From Octopus vulgaris (taxonomy: Eukaryota), in contig OX597825.1 in assembly GCA_951406725.2 (NCBI GenBank), positions 52,948,001 through 53,012,000 of the forward strand: 64,000 nt of DNA, read 5' to 3'. Within the stretch, counting starts at the first letter, position 1; each line of letters begins with the position of its first letter. Under the pieces are notes generated by a model, which did not search any database, had not been told where the DNA came from, and saw nothing but the letters and a program-made list of their open reading frames with translations. Made by a program: the position numbers and the translations under genes. Positions 12,560 to 27,364 of the stretch are shown here, piece after piece.

Positions 12560-13490
12560 CCAGGGGTGAAAATGGAGCATGAATGTAGGAAAGAATGAGA
12601 GAATGGGATAGTCATTGTAAGAGATTGAGAGTAAGAGAGAATCAGAGGGAGGCGAAGAAACGAACGAAGAAGGAGTGAAAATAGGAGAGAGTAAATCAAA
12701 GTAAGAGATAGAAAGGGTGAGAGAGAGAAAGAGAGAGAGAGAAACTGTGTGTGTATGTGTGCGTGCATATGTAATAGTGAGGGAGAGAAATATAGTGAAA
12801 GAAATAGAGGATGAGATTAAGATAGGACATGAAGGAGGCAAAGAAAGAGAAAGAGAAAATAGATAGATAGACAGAGAGGGAGAGAGATAAAATGATAGTG
12901 TGGTAGAGTTATGAGAGAAGTAGAGTGGGGGAAAATAGTAAGAAATAGTATAAAGTGAGGCAATGATATCTATGTAGAAAGTGCTAGATAGTGAGAGAAG
13001 AAGAGATAGAAAGGGAGAGAGGAGGGAGAAAAGGAGAAAGAGGAAAGGAGAGAGAGAAACATACTGTCAGGTAAAAACAGAATACAAAAGGAAAAAATTT
13101 AGAAATAAGAAAAAATGAGAGAGAGAATGAAAGAGAAAACAAAAGAAAGAGAGCAGGATGAAGAGAGCAAAAGCACAAATGAGAAAAGAAGGGAGAGCAA
13201 GCAAAACATATTAGAGAGTAAGCAAACGAGAAAGAGAGACTACGAAAGAGACCCACATACAGACAGACAGAGATGGAGGTGGAAAGTTAGCAAAAGAAAG
13301 CAGGGAGTATGCAAAAGAATGAGAGCGAGGGGGAGAGTAAGCAGAGAAGAGAGAAAAGAGAGAGAGAGGGAGGGAGATCATAAATAGGAGTAAGAGAGAG
13401 TAAAATTTAGAGAGGAGGAGGGAAAGTCTAAGCAAAGGAAAAAGTGAATGAGAGAGAGGGGGGGTGAGAAAGAGTGACAGAGAGAGATTT
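12560..13490 (+). repeat. Purine-rich (GA/GAA) low-complexity tract
   Basis: Directly visible strand-asymmetric GA richness. Confidence 0.85.
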
Positions 13491-13829
13491 TGCTAGAAAT
13501 ATGAATCTAAAAATAATTATTCAACAATATATTGATTTAATTATATTTCAAATGTTAACTAAATTTCTATATTTATTTATTAATTAATTCTTATTGCTAT
13601 CCTCACTCTTATTACTCTTCGTAGTAGTGATATTATTATCTTCATTTTTGCTTTTGTCGTTGTTGTATGAAATACTTTTCGTTTTTTCTTTTGCTTATTT
13701 CTAAGAATTTGTTTAAGTTAGATGTGAATATTTAATTCTCTATCAATACAGATTGCTAGAATCACCGAACAAGAATGCAAAAGAGAAAAATGGATTGAAA
13801 AGTTATTTAGTAAATAATGATAACGAGCT

Positions 13830-14432
13830 AATTTTTGTTGTTGTTGTGATTGCTGTTGGTGATAATGGTATCGGTATGGATGGCGGTGATGCAGCTAATG
13901 TTGCCAGTATTGGTGATGATGAAGATGATGATGATGGTGTTGAGACTGTTGTTCTTGGTGATGGGAGCGGTGATGGTGGTTCTTCTTCTTCTTCTTCTTC
14001 TTCTTCTTCTTCTTCTTCTTCTTCTTCTTCTTCTTCTTCTTCTTCTTCTTCTTCTTCTTCTTCTTCTTCTTCTTCTTCTTCTTCCTTCATGGTCGTGGTG
14101 GTGGTCCTCGTGTTACTGGTGATGGTTGGGATGAGGATCGTGATGGTCTTATTTTTTAATGGTGGTGGTGACGGTGGTGGTTCTGTTGTTGATTTTATAG
14201 TGGTAGTAATAGTGGCGGTGGAGGTAAGGTTGTTTTTGTTGATGGTGGTGATGTTAATGATGGTGGTGGTTGCGGTGGTTTTGGTAATATTGTTGTTGCC
14301 GCTGTTGTTATTGTTACTGTAGGAGTATTGATCTATCAAATGTTAAACTACAGGCAATTATGCTAAAAATAATTTTTTGTTGACTCCCACCACCACCACC
14401 ACAACCACCAACGCCACCACCACCACCACCAC
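13830..14432 (+). repeat. Mosaic of GAT/GGT/(TCT)n/(CCA)n trinucleotide repeats
   Basis: Directly visible; the (TCT)n core is 13981-14083. Confidence 0.9.
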
Positions 14433-15191
14433 CTCTTACATACCCAGGCAAATATTTCAGAGAACCATGTAGGTGAATGTGTGCATACACACGCACTCAT
14501 ACACACGCACACACGTACACACATATCTGCGTGCATTTATGAGTATGTGTATGTGCACGTGTATATGTATACTTATACGTGTATATACATACACGTTTAT
14601 ATACAAATATACACGCTTGCACACACATATATAAATAAGTACATATATGTATATGTATCTCTCTCTCTCTCTCTATGCACATACATTTACAGACAAATAT
14701 ACGCACCCACACACAAACACACACATATATAAATAAGTTTTGTATTATATCTTCCAAAAATTTGTAAATATCATTTGATCAATATAAGAATATAAGTCGA
14801 TTTATGTTGTAGATGTTATTATTGTAATCAATGTGTTTATTATTGTTGCATTCTTCTTTATTGTAGTAATTGTTAATGTTATTATTATTGTTGCTGTTGT
14901 TGCAGCTATTCTCGTTGTTCTTACATTGATGTTGTTGTCTTTTATCTCAAGGTGACATATTGTTTCCCGAAGAGCTGGCTTCTTCATTACCATTGTATGC
15001 TACTAATTATATTTTCCATTCATTATTTACTGCTTTAATAAACAAGTAGAAGAACTTTAGTGGTTCGCATGTAGTCTCTCGATAGAACATTGATAGTTCA
15101 TTTGCAGAACAACACGCATTTTTTCCGCGTAGTGTTGTCTTCCTCCATGATTTGAGTTCGAAACTATACTGTGGGTCGGTGTTGACCAACT

Positions 15192-15246
<55 letters not shown>

Positions 15247-15578
15247 GCACACAGAGAGAATTTTGTCACCGTAACAAAAAGGCAGGAAAAGCTTTTCACG
15301 GGTTAAAATATCTCGCCAGAGAAGAACTCATTAGGACCGTAGGACGCATCCGTATTTTGAGATAACTTGTGCAGCGTTTTGTCTTTTTCTGTCCGAATGT
15401 CATTGAACACGGTAAATATGATTGCACGGGAATATATTCTAATGAAAGTAGCTTAGTGCGAGTTTTATTGATTTATTTCAGCCCGACAAAGCTTTTCGTA
15501 CGTCAGCAAATATAAACATTTGCTATTCTGATATAAGAGTGAGCAGCTCTTAGAAGCCATGAACGAAGGTTCAGTATA

Positions 15579-15621
15579 CATAGCTGATGAAGCGTAAGGA
15601 TGCAGAAATGCATGTTTTATG
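15579..15621 (+). ncRNA. Degenerate minimal hammerhead-like motif
   Basis: catag-CTGATGA-a-gc..gc-a-GAAA-tgcatg-TT-ttatg; stem I catag/ttatg pairs, stem II is weak. Confidence 0.4.
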
Positions 15622-15828
15622 CAGTCCGGTGACATCATCCTTGGTTTAATGGTGTGGTAAAACAGATATTGCATATAGGGGAAATTTTTCTCCCGTGACA
15701 ACTTGTGCAGCGTATTGCCTTTTCATGTCCAAATGTACTGGAACTAAATATGACTGTACGTAACTATATCTCATTCAATATTAATTACAGCGCCTTAAAT
15801 GTATGTATATCTATGTGTATATGCACAT

Positions 15829-15859
<31 letters not shown>

Positions 15860-16224
15860 AAGTATATATATATATATACTTACATAAATACATGCATACA
15901 TTTACATAGATACACACACACACACATATACATATATATACACACAAGATATGTATGTACGTATGTATTCGTGACTGGATGTACGAAGCGGTGACAGAGT
16001 AAACAGTTTTGTTACCCGTTTAAATATCTTACCGAGGTATTTGAATCTATAAAAGGCTTTTCACTCCAGTTTGTCATGGACAGAAAAACACTATCAAACA
16101 CTATAGTGAATGCAGAGTGTCCCTATTGGACACGAGGATACAATTATATCAAATCAATTTCCTTCGCACCAGTACTAGATATCAATATGTGTATGTATGA
16201 ATGAATGTAACTATGTATGTATGT

Positions 16225-16276
<52 letters not shown>

Positions 16277-16330
16277 GTATCTATCTCTATATATGTATCT
16301 GTAAATATATGTATATATATGTATATATGT

Positions 16331-16529
16331 CTTTACTACCCACAAGGGGCTAAACACAGAGGGGACAAACAAGGACATACAAACGGATTAACTGGTACTT
16401 AATTTATTGACCCCGAAAGGATGAAAGGCAAAGTTGACCTCAACAGAATTGGAACTCAGAACGGAGCGGCAAACGAAATACGGCTACGCATTTCGCCCGG
16501 TGTGCTAACGTTTCTGCCAGCTCGCCGCC
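16331..16529 (-). mobile_element. SINE family B (alternative 3' tail)
   Basis: Reverse strand ggcggcgagctggcagaaacgttagcacaccgggcgaaatgc...ctgagttccaattc...ctttgcctttcatcctttcggggtcaataaattaagtaccag. Confidence 0.85.
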
Positions 16530-16551
16530 TTACTATATGTATGTTTGTATA

Positions 16552-16643
<92 letters not shown>

Positions 16644-16644
<1 letters not shown>

Positions 16645-17260
16645 CGGGAAGCTTTATGAAAATAAACAAGAGACGAAGGCAGGTGGAATACAAAAAAACA
16701 ATTGTATTAGTATAGCGCTCAGGAATATAGATAAAACAAGACTTTTACGTTTTGAGCCTACGCTCTTCAACAGAAAGATACACAGAAAAGAAACACGGAG
16801 AGAAACAAGGAGAGAAAAAAAATGCTTGCAGAAGCTAGCGATTCAACATGGCGATCTGATTCTGGCCAGAAGTCAGAGATCAAACGTGAGACGCAAGAGC
16901 GAAAATAGGGGAGATAACAGGGTCAAATGACTTCACCCCAACATAAGGGTGCGTGTGTGTATGAGTGCGTAGGAAAGGTCTGGACGTGTGTATGTATGTA
17001 TGATGTGATGTGTAATGTCGTATGGTGTAGTGTAGAGAGAGGAGATGAGGGGGAGAGTGGAGGAGGGGGGAGGAGATGAGGGGGAGAGTGGAGAAGGAGG
17101 GGAGGAGAGGGTGAGGAGATGAGTGAGGAGATGAGGGGGAGAGGGAAGGAGGGATGAGGGAGGAGAGATGAGATGAGGGTGAGGGTGAGAGGGGGAGAGA
17201 GAGGGGGAGGGAAGAAGGTGGGGGAGGGAGAAGAGGAAAGGTGAGAGTGAGGAGGGTGAG
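16644..17260 (-). mobile_element. Penelope-type terminal repeat with decayed minimal HHR and purine-rich body
   Basis: Reverse 16742-16778: tcttt-CTGTTGA-a-gagc gtag gctc-AAAA-cg-TA-aaag; homologous to 34730-34930(+) and related to 29656-30095; bounded by (TA)n. Confidence 0.6.
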
Positions 17261-17281
17261 ATATGTATATATATATATATG

Positions 17282-17333
<52 letters not shown>

Positions 17334-17381
17334 CATACATATACATATATATGTGTATATATATATGTATATACATACATA

Positions 17382-17414
<33 letters not shown>

Positions 17415-18055
17415 TTATATATATATTTACATACACATATACGTATATATACGTATATGCAAATATATGTTTGTGTGTGTATATAAGTAGATATAAATAT
17501 GTATTCCGAAAAGCAATATATATTTATATTTACGCACATACATACATACATACATACATACATACATACATACATACATTGAAAGATAAGTACTTAGTTA
17601 TTTAGAGGGAAAGAACGATAGTTAGTAAGCTAGAAAGAAAGATAGACATAAACATTCACACAAACAAACGTTCGCGCTCACATTGCATTGTCAGCATTAG
17701 TAACAATCACTTTGAATTCAGCCTTATTCTTCCTGTAAATACAAACAGACAATGATTAATGGTTTGCCAAGACATAATAGCTGCCGCCACCATATAAAAG
17801 TTTTCAGGTCAAGATCTACTTTTTCTCTCCTGATAACTACAATTAAATAAATTATATTGAATTTTAAATAACCTAATACGAAACACCAGTAGACATAATT
17901 GAACCAAACTAAATATAAATATGTGAAAAACAGATGTCTGTAAACCATCATCTCTTGTGCTAAACAAATGGAAATTTAAGATTAAGTACCTGTTTCTCCC
18001 CACCCCTAGCTTCGTCAGAGGGACATTCAAAGAAAAGGGTGTGTGAGCAACGAAC

Positions 18056-18224
18056 TGGGATTGTGTGGTAAGATGCTTCCTTCCCAACCATATGGTTCCG
18101 GGTTCAGTTCCACTGCGTGGTACATTGAGCAAGTGTTTTCTACCATAGCTTCAGGCAGACGTAAACTGAAAGAAGCTCGTCGTATATGAATATAAACATA
18201 TATATGTATATGTATGTATGTATA

Positions 18225-18275
<51 letters not shown>

Positions 18276-18280
18276 ATGTA

Positions 18281-18313
<33 letters not shown>

Positions 18314-18535
18314 TAATGTGTGTATATGTGTCTTTGTGCCTGTGTTTGTCCACCATACTTCACAACCGGTCTTGGTGTTTACGTTCCCGTAATCTAGCGG
18401 TTCGACAAAAGAGACCGATAGTATAAGTACCACGCTTAAAATAAATAAGTGTTGAGATCAATTCATTTGACTAAAACTTCTCCAAGGCTGTGCCTCAGCT
18501 TGTCCGTAGTATACGGACAGAAACAATTAAAAAGA
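18056..18535 (+). mobile_element. SINE family A
   Basis: ggttccgggttcagttccactgcgtgg...acaaccggtcttggtgtttacgttcccgtaatctagcggttcgacaaaagagaccgata. Confidence 0.85.
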
Positions 18536-19182
18536 TACTGAACAATCTATGTATCTATGTTCAAAGTTGTAAATGAGAATTGTACTCTAGATAATTGAAA
18601 TTTTGAACGGAAGCACATTTTTCAAACAGAATGTCATGTTATTATCTTTAAAATTTGCGTTGTTTTTTTTCAATTGTTGTTTCAGCATCTTGCAGTAGAA
18701 CTAAGAATAATGTATACCTCCAAGTCTTGTAATAGACAATGAATAACGTTACTGATTAGAAAAATAATCTATTTAGAATAATTATGTAAATTAGTTCAGT
18801 AATTTGACTAAAAAAAAAATGTTTCACAGCAAATAAAATAAATGTAAAATTTTTGATTCAATATTTATTTATATTTCTGTGCATATTTATGAAGCTCATC
18901 CTAAGCCATTTTCTGATTTCCTTGGACAGAATAATTTCGCGAGAATGAATATTCTAAGATTGTCAGCATCTTTTGAAAGCAGTTTAGCCAGATTATTGTG
19001 AATTCATGTTATTGTATTTCTTTTAGCTGTCAGTAAAGGTGGATAAGGACAGGGATTGCTGTTAGTGGGTAGTAGATTTAACCAGTCACCCGTTTGAACG
19101 GTACTTAACTCACAGACTGTTTACCTAAAAAAGTCCACTCTGTTACATGCACCAGATTTCTGGATTCACAATCATAACAATC

Positions 19183-19484
19183 TTGTTTGTTCCTTCTCGA
19201 GCCATGCCGGGCTCATAAGGGCCGGTTTCTCGGTTTCCTTGGCGTATAGATTCCCCAACTTGACGGGACGCCGGTCTGTCGCAGGTGAGCTGCTAGATGC
19301 AGGAGGAAAGAGTGAGAGAAAGTTGTGGCGAAAAAGTCAGCAGAATTTTGCCATTACCTTCTGCCGGAGCGGCGTGGAGCTTAGGTGTTCCGCTCATAAG
19401 CACACATCGCCCAGTCTGAGATTCGAACCCGCGATCCCTCGACCGCGAGTCCACTGCTCTAACCACTAGGCCATGTGCCTCCAC
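19183..19484 (-). mobile_element. tRNA-derived SINE (family C head and middle, tail shared with neighbouring CORE-SINE)
   Basis: Reverse strand ggaggcacatggcctagtggttagagcagtggactcgcggtcgagggatcgcgggttcgaatctc; tail gaaaccggcccttatgagcc. Confidence 0.85.
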
Positions 19485-19489
19485 TAATA

Positions 19490-19734
19490 ATAAATGCGCC
19501 CTTTTAAAGCCTAGCCAGGCTCATGGGCCCGGTTTCTATGGCGTATGTGTTCCCCAGCTGGATGGGATGCCAGTCCATCGCAGCGTTACTCATTTTTGCC
19601 AGCTGAGTGGACTGGAGCAACGTGAAATAAAATGTTTTGCTCAAGAACACAACGCGTCGCCCTGTCCAGGAATCGAAACCACAATCTTACAATCATGGTT
19701 CTGACACCCTAACCACTAAGCCACGTGCCTCCAC
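19490..19734 (-). mobile_element. CORE-type tRNA-derived SINE
   Basis: Reverse strand tggcttagtggttaggg...ggtttcgattcc, CORE-like gtgttcttgagcaaaacattttatttcacgttgctccagtccactcagctg...aaaatgag, tail gaaaccgggcccatgagcc. Confidence 0.85.
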
Positions 19735-19808
19735 AATCACACCAGTCTTGAAGGACCTTCAATGATACATATGTGTTGCCTTTTCTTAATAACACACACA
19801 CACACACA

Positions 19809-19844
<36 letters not shown>

Positions 19845-20644
19845 GTGCCAGGTCACTCTTAGTGCTACTGCAAGCATGTAATTCAGTACATCTTATCACA
19901 TGGTCAAGCAATCAGCGACTAAACTAGTAACAATCTAGAGTTGCTTGATAAGGAGATGGATTCTTGTTGGACACCCTGCAGGAGTAAAACAAAACTGTCG
20001 AAGGACAGATGAACTTAGTAGAGTCTACAGCCAGGTGTTGAAAATGAGAGAGAACTTTAGTCTATTTTTAGACATTCCTCGAAAGGAAAGAAAACTACGA
20101 AGTAACACCAAGGGTTTAGTTTGCATCCAATGATATAGATTAGGTTTTCTTTTGAAGACAATGCATACGTTGTTTAGAGAATGGAATTGAAAATGTGGAA
20201 GACTTTGAGAGATGTTGTATACAAGATAGTATAATCGTTGTTTTTAAGCCCCAGCATAGCAGTAACCGATCAGGTTTTAATAAACAGCTTGGAACCACAA
20301 CCATTTGCCATTTTGCATATTTAGGACTTCATTTTTGCTGTTATAATAAACGTCTTCCTCTGAAATCTCCACTCATCATATTTCACTTCAATTTATGTTT
20401 TTATCTAAGTGCATCTTTGAACATTTCTAAGTTTCAAAATGTGAAGATTTGTTTTATCTGTATGTATGTATGTATGTATGTATGTATGTATGTATGTATG
20501 TATGTATGTATGTATGTATGTATGCATGCATGTATTCATATATGTGTAGGTAGTATGTACATATGTGTATAGATCTTACTCTCTTTTGCTTTCTTCTCAC
20601 TCAATTCTCTATATGCACAATATACATACGCACAAATACACACA

Positions 20645-20693
<49 letters not shown>

Positions 20694-21244
20694 GTATACG
20701 TGCATACACACAAACATATACAAATGTTAATGCTATATACTTTCATACATATATGAGTGTATATGTTTATACATGACACACTCACATACGCAAACTTATA
20801 TATAAATATATATGTACGTATCTATCTATATCTATCTGTCTATCTATATATCCATATATATATAGATACACACACACACATACATACATACATATATGTG
20901 GAAGTATTATGTATGTGTATGCGTGTGTGTGTGTGTGTAATTAGAATTTGATTTGCTTTCTTTTTAAACTTGTCTTTTCAAGTGCTTGAACATTTTCTCA
21001 AACAATTCTAGCCGTTATGTCTGTTGCTGTATATTTTAAGTAAACTTTTGTTTGATTACAAATTTCTCTTTGTTAAAATCAAGAGGAATAATTATGAGTG
21101 TTATTATTAATATTGTAACAGCAAGAATTAAACTAATTTGAGGTGAAATAAGTACTTCTCTCTTCAATATTTATTGTTGAATAGTGAATCTATTTTTAAT
21201 TAAATTGATGGCGAGTTGTTTCAGTGGTTAAACTCTGAGATCTT

Positions 21245-21440
21245 AGCACAACGCCAGCAGGTTGGGGGGGGGGGGGTAAGTTGATTGCATTGACCCCAGT
21301 GCTCAACTGGTACTTATTTTGTCGACCCTGAGAGGATGAAAAGCAGAGTCGACCACGGTGGCATTTTAACTCAGAACGTAAAAACAGACGAGATACCGCT
21401 AAGCATTTTGCCCAGCGTGCTAATGATTCTGCCAGCTCAC
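21245..21440 (-). mobile_element. SINE family B
   Basis: gaccccagtgctcaactggtacttattttgtcgaccctgagaggatgaaaagcagagtcgacc, homologous to the other B copies. Confidence 0.8.
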
Positions 21441-24099
21441 TGGATTCTTTCTCGTAGATATCACAATGTGTTTCTTAACTTTTTCACCGTAGAAGATGAA
21501 TTGGAAAGCTTTTCTCTTCACGTTTGTCCTATTTTGTTAAGCTCTGTAAGTAATACGAGCATTTCCTTTTGTTCGTTTCTTTCTATGTAAAGGAAGCATC
21601 TATGAATGATAGAAGCCTGAGAGACACGGCTCTCTTAAAACGCGTGAGGAATTTTTATTAGTCAAGCGTTTGAAAACCTCATGCGCGTTTCATACTTTAA
21701 ATCTATATATTTCAGCATAATCAATAGATATTATCAATTTGCATCAAATTACTTGACCGTCAAATGCATCAAATTGCTTTGCCATATTTTATTTCCGCAT
21801 TTTCAGTATTTATATACTTTATAGAGTTTGCATGTTTATTTATTAACTTCTATGTTCATTTGCTAATGGATAAATAGTTTCCGTTGCAAATATATATTTT
21901 CACTTTTAGTCAGCATTATACAAATGATTATTCCTGCCCCAACTTTATTGACTTCTCCACGTTTTGAGGCTCTCACTTTGAAACATGTCTTACATGAAAC
22001 CTCTCTTATTTCATACATGAAACCTGCCGTATTTCAAATACGAATCACATCATATTTCATACTTTTAATAATCACAGCAGATTATGAACAATTCGCTCAC
22101 CAATGTTAGATCCCTTTATGTGAATGATGATGTGAGAACCTCATATGGCTCTAAAACATATCAAAAGAAACGTCTGAGAGTCATATCCGGATCCCAGATC
22201 AGTGAAAGAGTTAATACATGGAAAGCTCGAGGGTTTATACAATAGAGGGATTTAATGATTTTAAGGAAATTTATCCTTTCCCTTCCTCTGTAGCCAGCTC
22301 CCGTTCATTGTAGTTGGTTTGGGAGAGAAAAATCTATGATTCTTCATCAAGGTTACACTGATCTTGTGCGAGGATTTCAGTTCAACCCTGCGAGGTTAGT
22401 AAAACCATTTTCATTATTTCCTTTGATATTATGCTCAAGGGAAGATCGTTGATATGTTATTAATATATGCTCTGTTGTATGACCTAAGCTCAATGTTGCT
22501 AGTATGGTGTAGTACTGTTAGCCGTTACTCACTAGCGAGTATAGTTTTGTAACATGTACCGTGCTCTCCTTAGTTGTTTTAGGTGTCTATGGATTTGAGA
22601 GCAGACACCGAAACACTCTAGGTCACTCGAACCTGACCTTTTTGACCCAACAAAACATACAGGATATGACAGCTGATGGCAGTAAGAAAGACTTACAATA
22701 GCATCTACTTGTTAGTCATTTATCTAAGTAGATCGGAACAAAAAGAAATGAAATGCCTTGCTCACAGACACATCGTACCACTTGATCCAGTATTTGTACA
22801 ATTGTATAATAATGATGAGACCACCCTAAACATTAGGCTACTTGATTTTACAGGGAATTAGAATGTTATGCAGTGTGGTTGTTACATTAATGGGTTCACA
22901 GGAGCTACTATGTAGTCAGATAATCAGCTAAAGATAGCAGCCAAATCTCTGCTCTTGACGATGACTGTATTTACATTAAAGATGAGATATCTCGCAGACA
23001 GAGAGAAAAACTGAAAGATTTCATTTGTTAAATCACTCACTTCTGAATCATATATCTACTTCAGTTGAATCTACACCACAACTAAGCACCACCACCACCA
23101 TTACAAGAATCTCCACAGCAAGAACCACAGCAAGAACCACCTCACCTCAAAGCGTCCACCACTACTACTACAACAACAACAACAACAACAACAACTACTA
23201 CTACTACGACGACGACGACATGAACAAATCATCAACAACGACGCTGCTAACATCTATGACATACCACTACCACCGCCAACAGCAATAACTACAGTGCTAG
23301 CAAGTTTTATCTAGCTGCAGTTATATTTCGTCAGATACTAAGATACCAGCGTCTGAGTAGTTACTCCCATTTTTGTCCATATCCCACTATTTGGTTGGCT
23401 TTGTCCATATCACTCTTTGTTTAATCATAATTATTTGGAAATATTTGACCAAACGTTTAGGATACGAAAGCCAGGACTGATCAAATGAGACAATATATTA
23501 ATGAAGACTGCATCCACCCACATTTACGAAAAATCTCCGTTTCTTAAAAACAAAACTGTGACAGAATAAAATAACAAATAGAGAAAAATATATAAATTTC
23601 TTTTCATTAATATAACAATGTTTTATCAATCTGAATGCTTCATAAACCTTTGAGAATATGTTGCAAATTTAAAGAATGAAATTAGGAAAATTTGAATTCT
23701 ACTAAATTTATCGGTAATTACATCAAAATTGTAATTGGATACAAGCATTTTGACATTTGGCTTGATATATGATTTTGTGTTTGCAATTAAAACTAAATGT
23801 CGTGCCAAAATGAGAAACTTACTCCAATTACGAAATAGTGATTTTGAACAGATGTAAAAGAGAAATATTTCATCCTATCAAACTGGTGAACTTCACTTTG
23901 ACAATCACAATCTTCATCGTGTGAAAAAGAACTTTTCTTCGGCTGTGAATAACTCTTTCACAACGTTGTGTTATTATATAACAGACGAGCCACTCTTGGG
24001 TGAGGCTTATTTGTTGTGGTACTTTTATCACGTAATTTCATTGCATTTATGAAGTGAAATTTGTGTGCCTTCTTATGAGCAACCTTAAAGTTGTATTTA

Positions 24100-25460
24100 C
24101 TATCTTCTCTGTGTTGAAAGTATTCTACATAAACTTATTGATACTATATTTTGCAATTTGTGTAATTCCTGGTTTTTCTGATTATGGATTTGTATTTACC
24201 TCTTTTACTTATTCCCACGACTAGTATTATGGGGGTTGTTTATGTTTATTCAGCTCCACTTTCTAGTTATCTGTATTTTTAGATCTTCATATTGCTATAA
24301 AGCCTCCATTTTATTCAAAGATACATTATCATCTTCTGGGGCTGATTATTTGATTAAGCCTCCTACGTTTTCTCTGCTGTCCTTGGTGAAAATATCTGGC
24401 TGCTTATTTTCAAACTCGCTGTCAGTGTTGAACAGCCTATTTTAGACAATTCACCGTTGTCATTGTTCTATACCTTGTTTGATGTGAAATTTAGATGCAC
24501 ATTTATTTTCTGTCGTTATTTCATAAATTTGACGCAATTTTCCATCATTTAAAACCCCCCAACTCTCTCACACCTTTAGATATTTTCCCTTTAGATAAGA
24601 CCGAGGAACCAGACGCAGGGTGTTAATTATTTTTTTCTCAACCTTAATCTATTCTGCTGTTACAGTGCTCCTCTCCATTTCAGGGTTTTGTGCCCGGATT
24701 CTAATCTAGAACCCTTCAATCTCAACCGGAAATATTGTGCTGCTGCTGCTAGGAGTATATTTTTAATTGCTTATTTCCACGCTACTCTGATGTTTCGGGT
24801 ATTAGAAATGCTAGGGATTTTCTGGCGATTGTTTAACCATTGAATTCTTAGCTTTACTTTAGCCATGGCACACTTTCAGTTGTTATTTAGTTTACAGTCT
24901 TCTCGTAATTTTTACAAGTTACTTTTTGCAGAAGGTCCTGGTTTCCCAGTATTAGCGGTTAATGATTTCTTTCTGTAATCGATCTTGATCTGTGTGTATT
25001 AAATACATCATTAACTTCATTGTTCCATGTTTTCTCCCTGATCTTTCTAACTCGCTCAGTACCCACTTAAGAATACTAAAAGTTAGCTTATTACCAAGAT
25101 AGCAACAGTGTTAACGATTATACTCTTATTTTGAGTTGAGTTCTGCGCTATGTAATAATTTAATGCTTGATGATAGCATTTCCGCACTTTTTCTTTCATC
25201 TGTGAGCCTAGTTGGATTTACCAAACTGGCCAAAGTTTTCTGGGTCACATAAAAAAGGAATGGAGAATGAGAGTTCCTTTGAAATATTCTTCTTCTAATG
25301 AAGGAAGAGCTAGTTTTTATAACTCCCCGTCTTGATATCAGCATTGTCATTCTCATATATCTTCTTATTACAAATGCTACCTTACATATGGCTAATGTTT
25401 CCATGATCCACATCTAGGAAGCATTGTGAATCGTTTACCCGACAGACAATCTATGACTTG
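24100..25460 (-). mobile_element. Decayed R4/Dong-clade LINE (RT and endonuclease remnants)
   Basis: Reverse translations WIMETL...IRRRIFQRNSHSPFLF (RT GIFQGDSLSP motif) and KQPDIF.KD......LI....PEDDNV...QYEDLKIQI..KW (REL endonuclease). Confidence 0.7.
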
Positions 25461-27309
25461 TTCGGGCCATTCTGTCTCCTTCTATAACTGTGTTAATTAC
25501 TACTTTGTTAATTACTAATAGATCTTTACAACAATGAGAGCATGCACAGTATATCTTGTTGTGCAGAAAGATACTCACCAAAAAGTGTAAATATTCTTTA
25601 TAATGATTCTATTCATGCTGTATTATGATACATAATACTGTCGCAATTTGTTTTTAAATTTGAAAATACAAACACAGAAGCAAAGATTAAATCAGTTTGA
25701 AGATGTAATATTATGTGGATAAATGACCTAAAGATTGTATGTTGCTCGTGGGCTTTTAGGTCCAGTATGATAATACACTGTTAACAAGTACTACTCCATA
25801 CTCATTTGTATGTGTGTGTTTACATCTATCTTTTTTATATACTGGTTTGATATGGTGAATGGAGACTCTTCCCATTATACCGAAAGCTATTCGAAAAATA
25901 ACGATCACTAAATTATATACTGGAATGAAATAAGTACTCGCGGTTGATACTACTCACAAAATATGTTGCAGTTATTGCTCTATGACCGCGCTTACAATAA
26001 CTGAAATCATTTAACGAATGAAGTACCCCAAACTGAATCCACATCCTGCTAGAATTGTACTAATGGTTCATTCTCCTACAATAAAAGAATTGATACCAGT
26101 AATAACTTGGTATTGAGTCAATCAAACATTCTCTTGTATAATGTACATAGGTGACAATTTGTACAAATCTAAGGAATCAGTGTTAGGAACGGTAGAGGAG
26201 CTGATTAAACATTTAATGGTACTTAGTTTCATGCCAATTCAATCTTAGTTCAAATTCGGATGTGTGCATGGGAGGGGAAGAGTGGTGTGCTCGTGTGTTC
26301 TATATTTACTCAAACTTCATAAAATAATTTCGCATATTAATTTCAAATTGCCTGATTTGACAACAATTTTCCTACCGTTCAGAGGCAGTAAATTAACAGA
26401 GTTGTTAGCATGATTTTGTTCCGTCTCTTTGTACTTCGATTTGAAATCCAGTCGAGGGTGAATTTTATCTCTTTACAGTTGATAAATACGTAACGATGCT
26501 GGAGGCCCTATAACGAGTGATAGGTACTGCTTTACCTCTTATAAAAACACAGAGCAAACTGTCTCCCATTAAATCAATGTAAAATATATCTATATTAATC
26601 ACCAACTAACAAGCCAATACTTTAGAGCACAACGTTAAAAAAATAGTGAGAAAATCTCCCTTAAATCGCTTAAGGCCTTAAAATAGGTCCTGGATACCTT
26701 TTGTTGTGCAGATTCAGGGTCAAAGGCATTGAAGCTATGCCCATCCAATTTTCTTGAAGCTGATCAGAAACACAATTTTCATTATATACCTTACATTTTA
26801 AAAAAGAGAAAAAGTCGAAGGAGAGATTCTATTATTTTTAACTGGTCTAAAACTACGCAGAAACTTCTACAGCGGATAATATATCCCTTGATTTACTATT
26901 CTTTAAAATGACATGTTGGATAGACAAGGGATGGAAAAATCTAGAGGTTATGTCTACTCTAATATGCTATGCGTTCTAGCCACAGCAAAGCGGAGAACTA
27001 CGCACATGCTAGCAACATGCGTGTTCTTACGAAAGAAATCTATTATCTCAAGACAGTTCTTCTTTTTCAAATCTCACTGCCCAGTTTACAATAAAGGAAT
27101 AAATTTAATATACAAACTTAGACGCCCATTCGCACACACACATACACACACATATGTATAAACATTCAGACACCCATACACACATATACTCACACTCACA
27201 CTCAGCCACATGCACACAAATATTTCAAATATTGTTGGTTGTCTCTGTAAAAAAATAAAAAAATTATGAGGTTGTTTTTGATTTTATTGTACTTCTAACT
27301 TTATTTTGT

Positions 27310-27364
<55 letters not shown>

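Noticed and set aside
13753-14339. 178-189 aa ORFs with poly-E/poly-S and Thr/Pro-rich tracts (mucin-like)
   Set aside because: Open on both strands because the region is a trinucleotide mosaic; no domain or splice evidence.
17985-18025. Minus-strand CTGACGA…GAAAcaggTA as a hammerhead
   Set aside because: Neither stem I nor stem II pairs.
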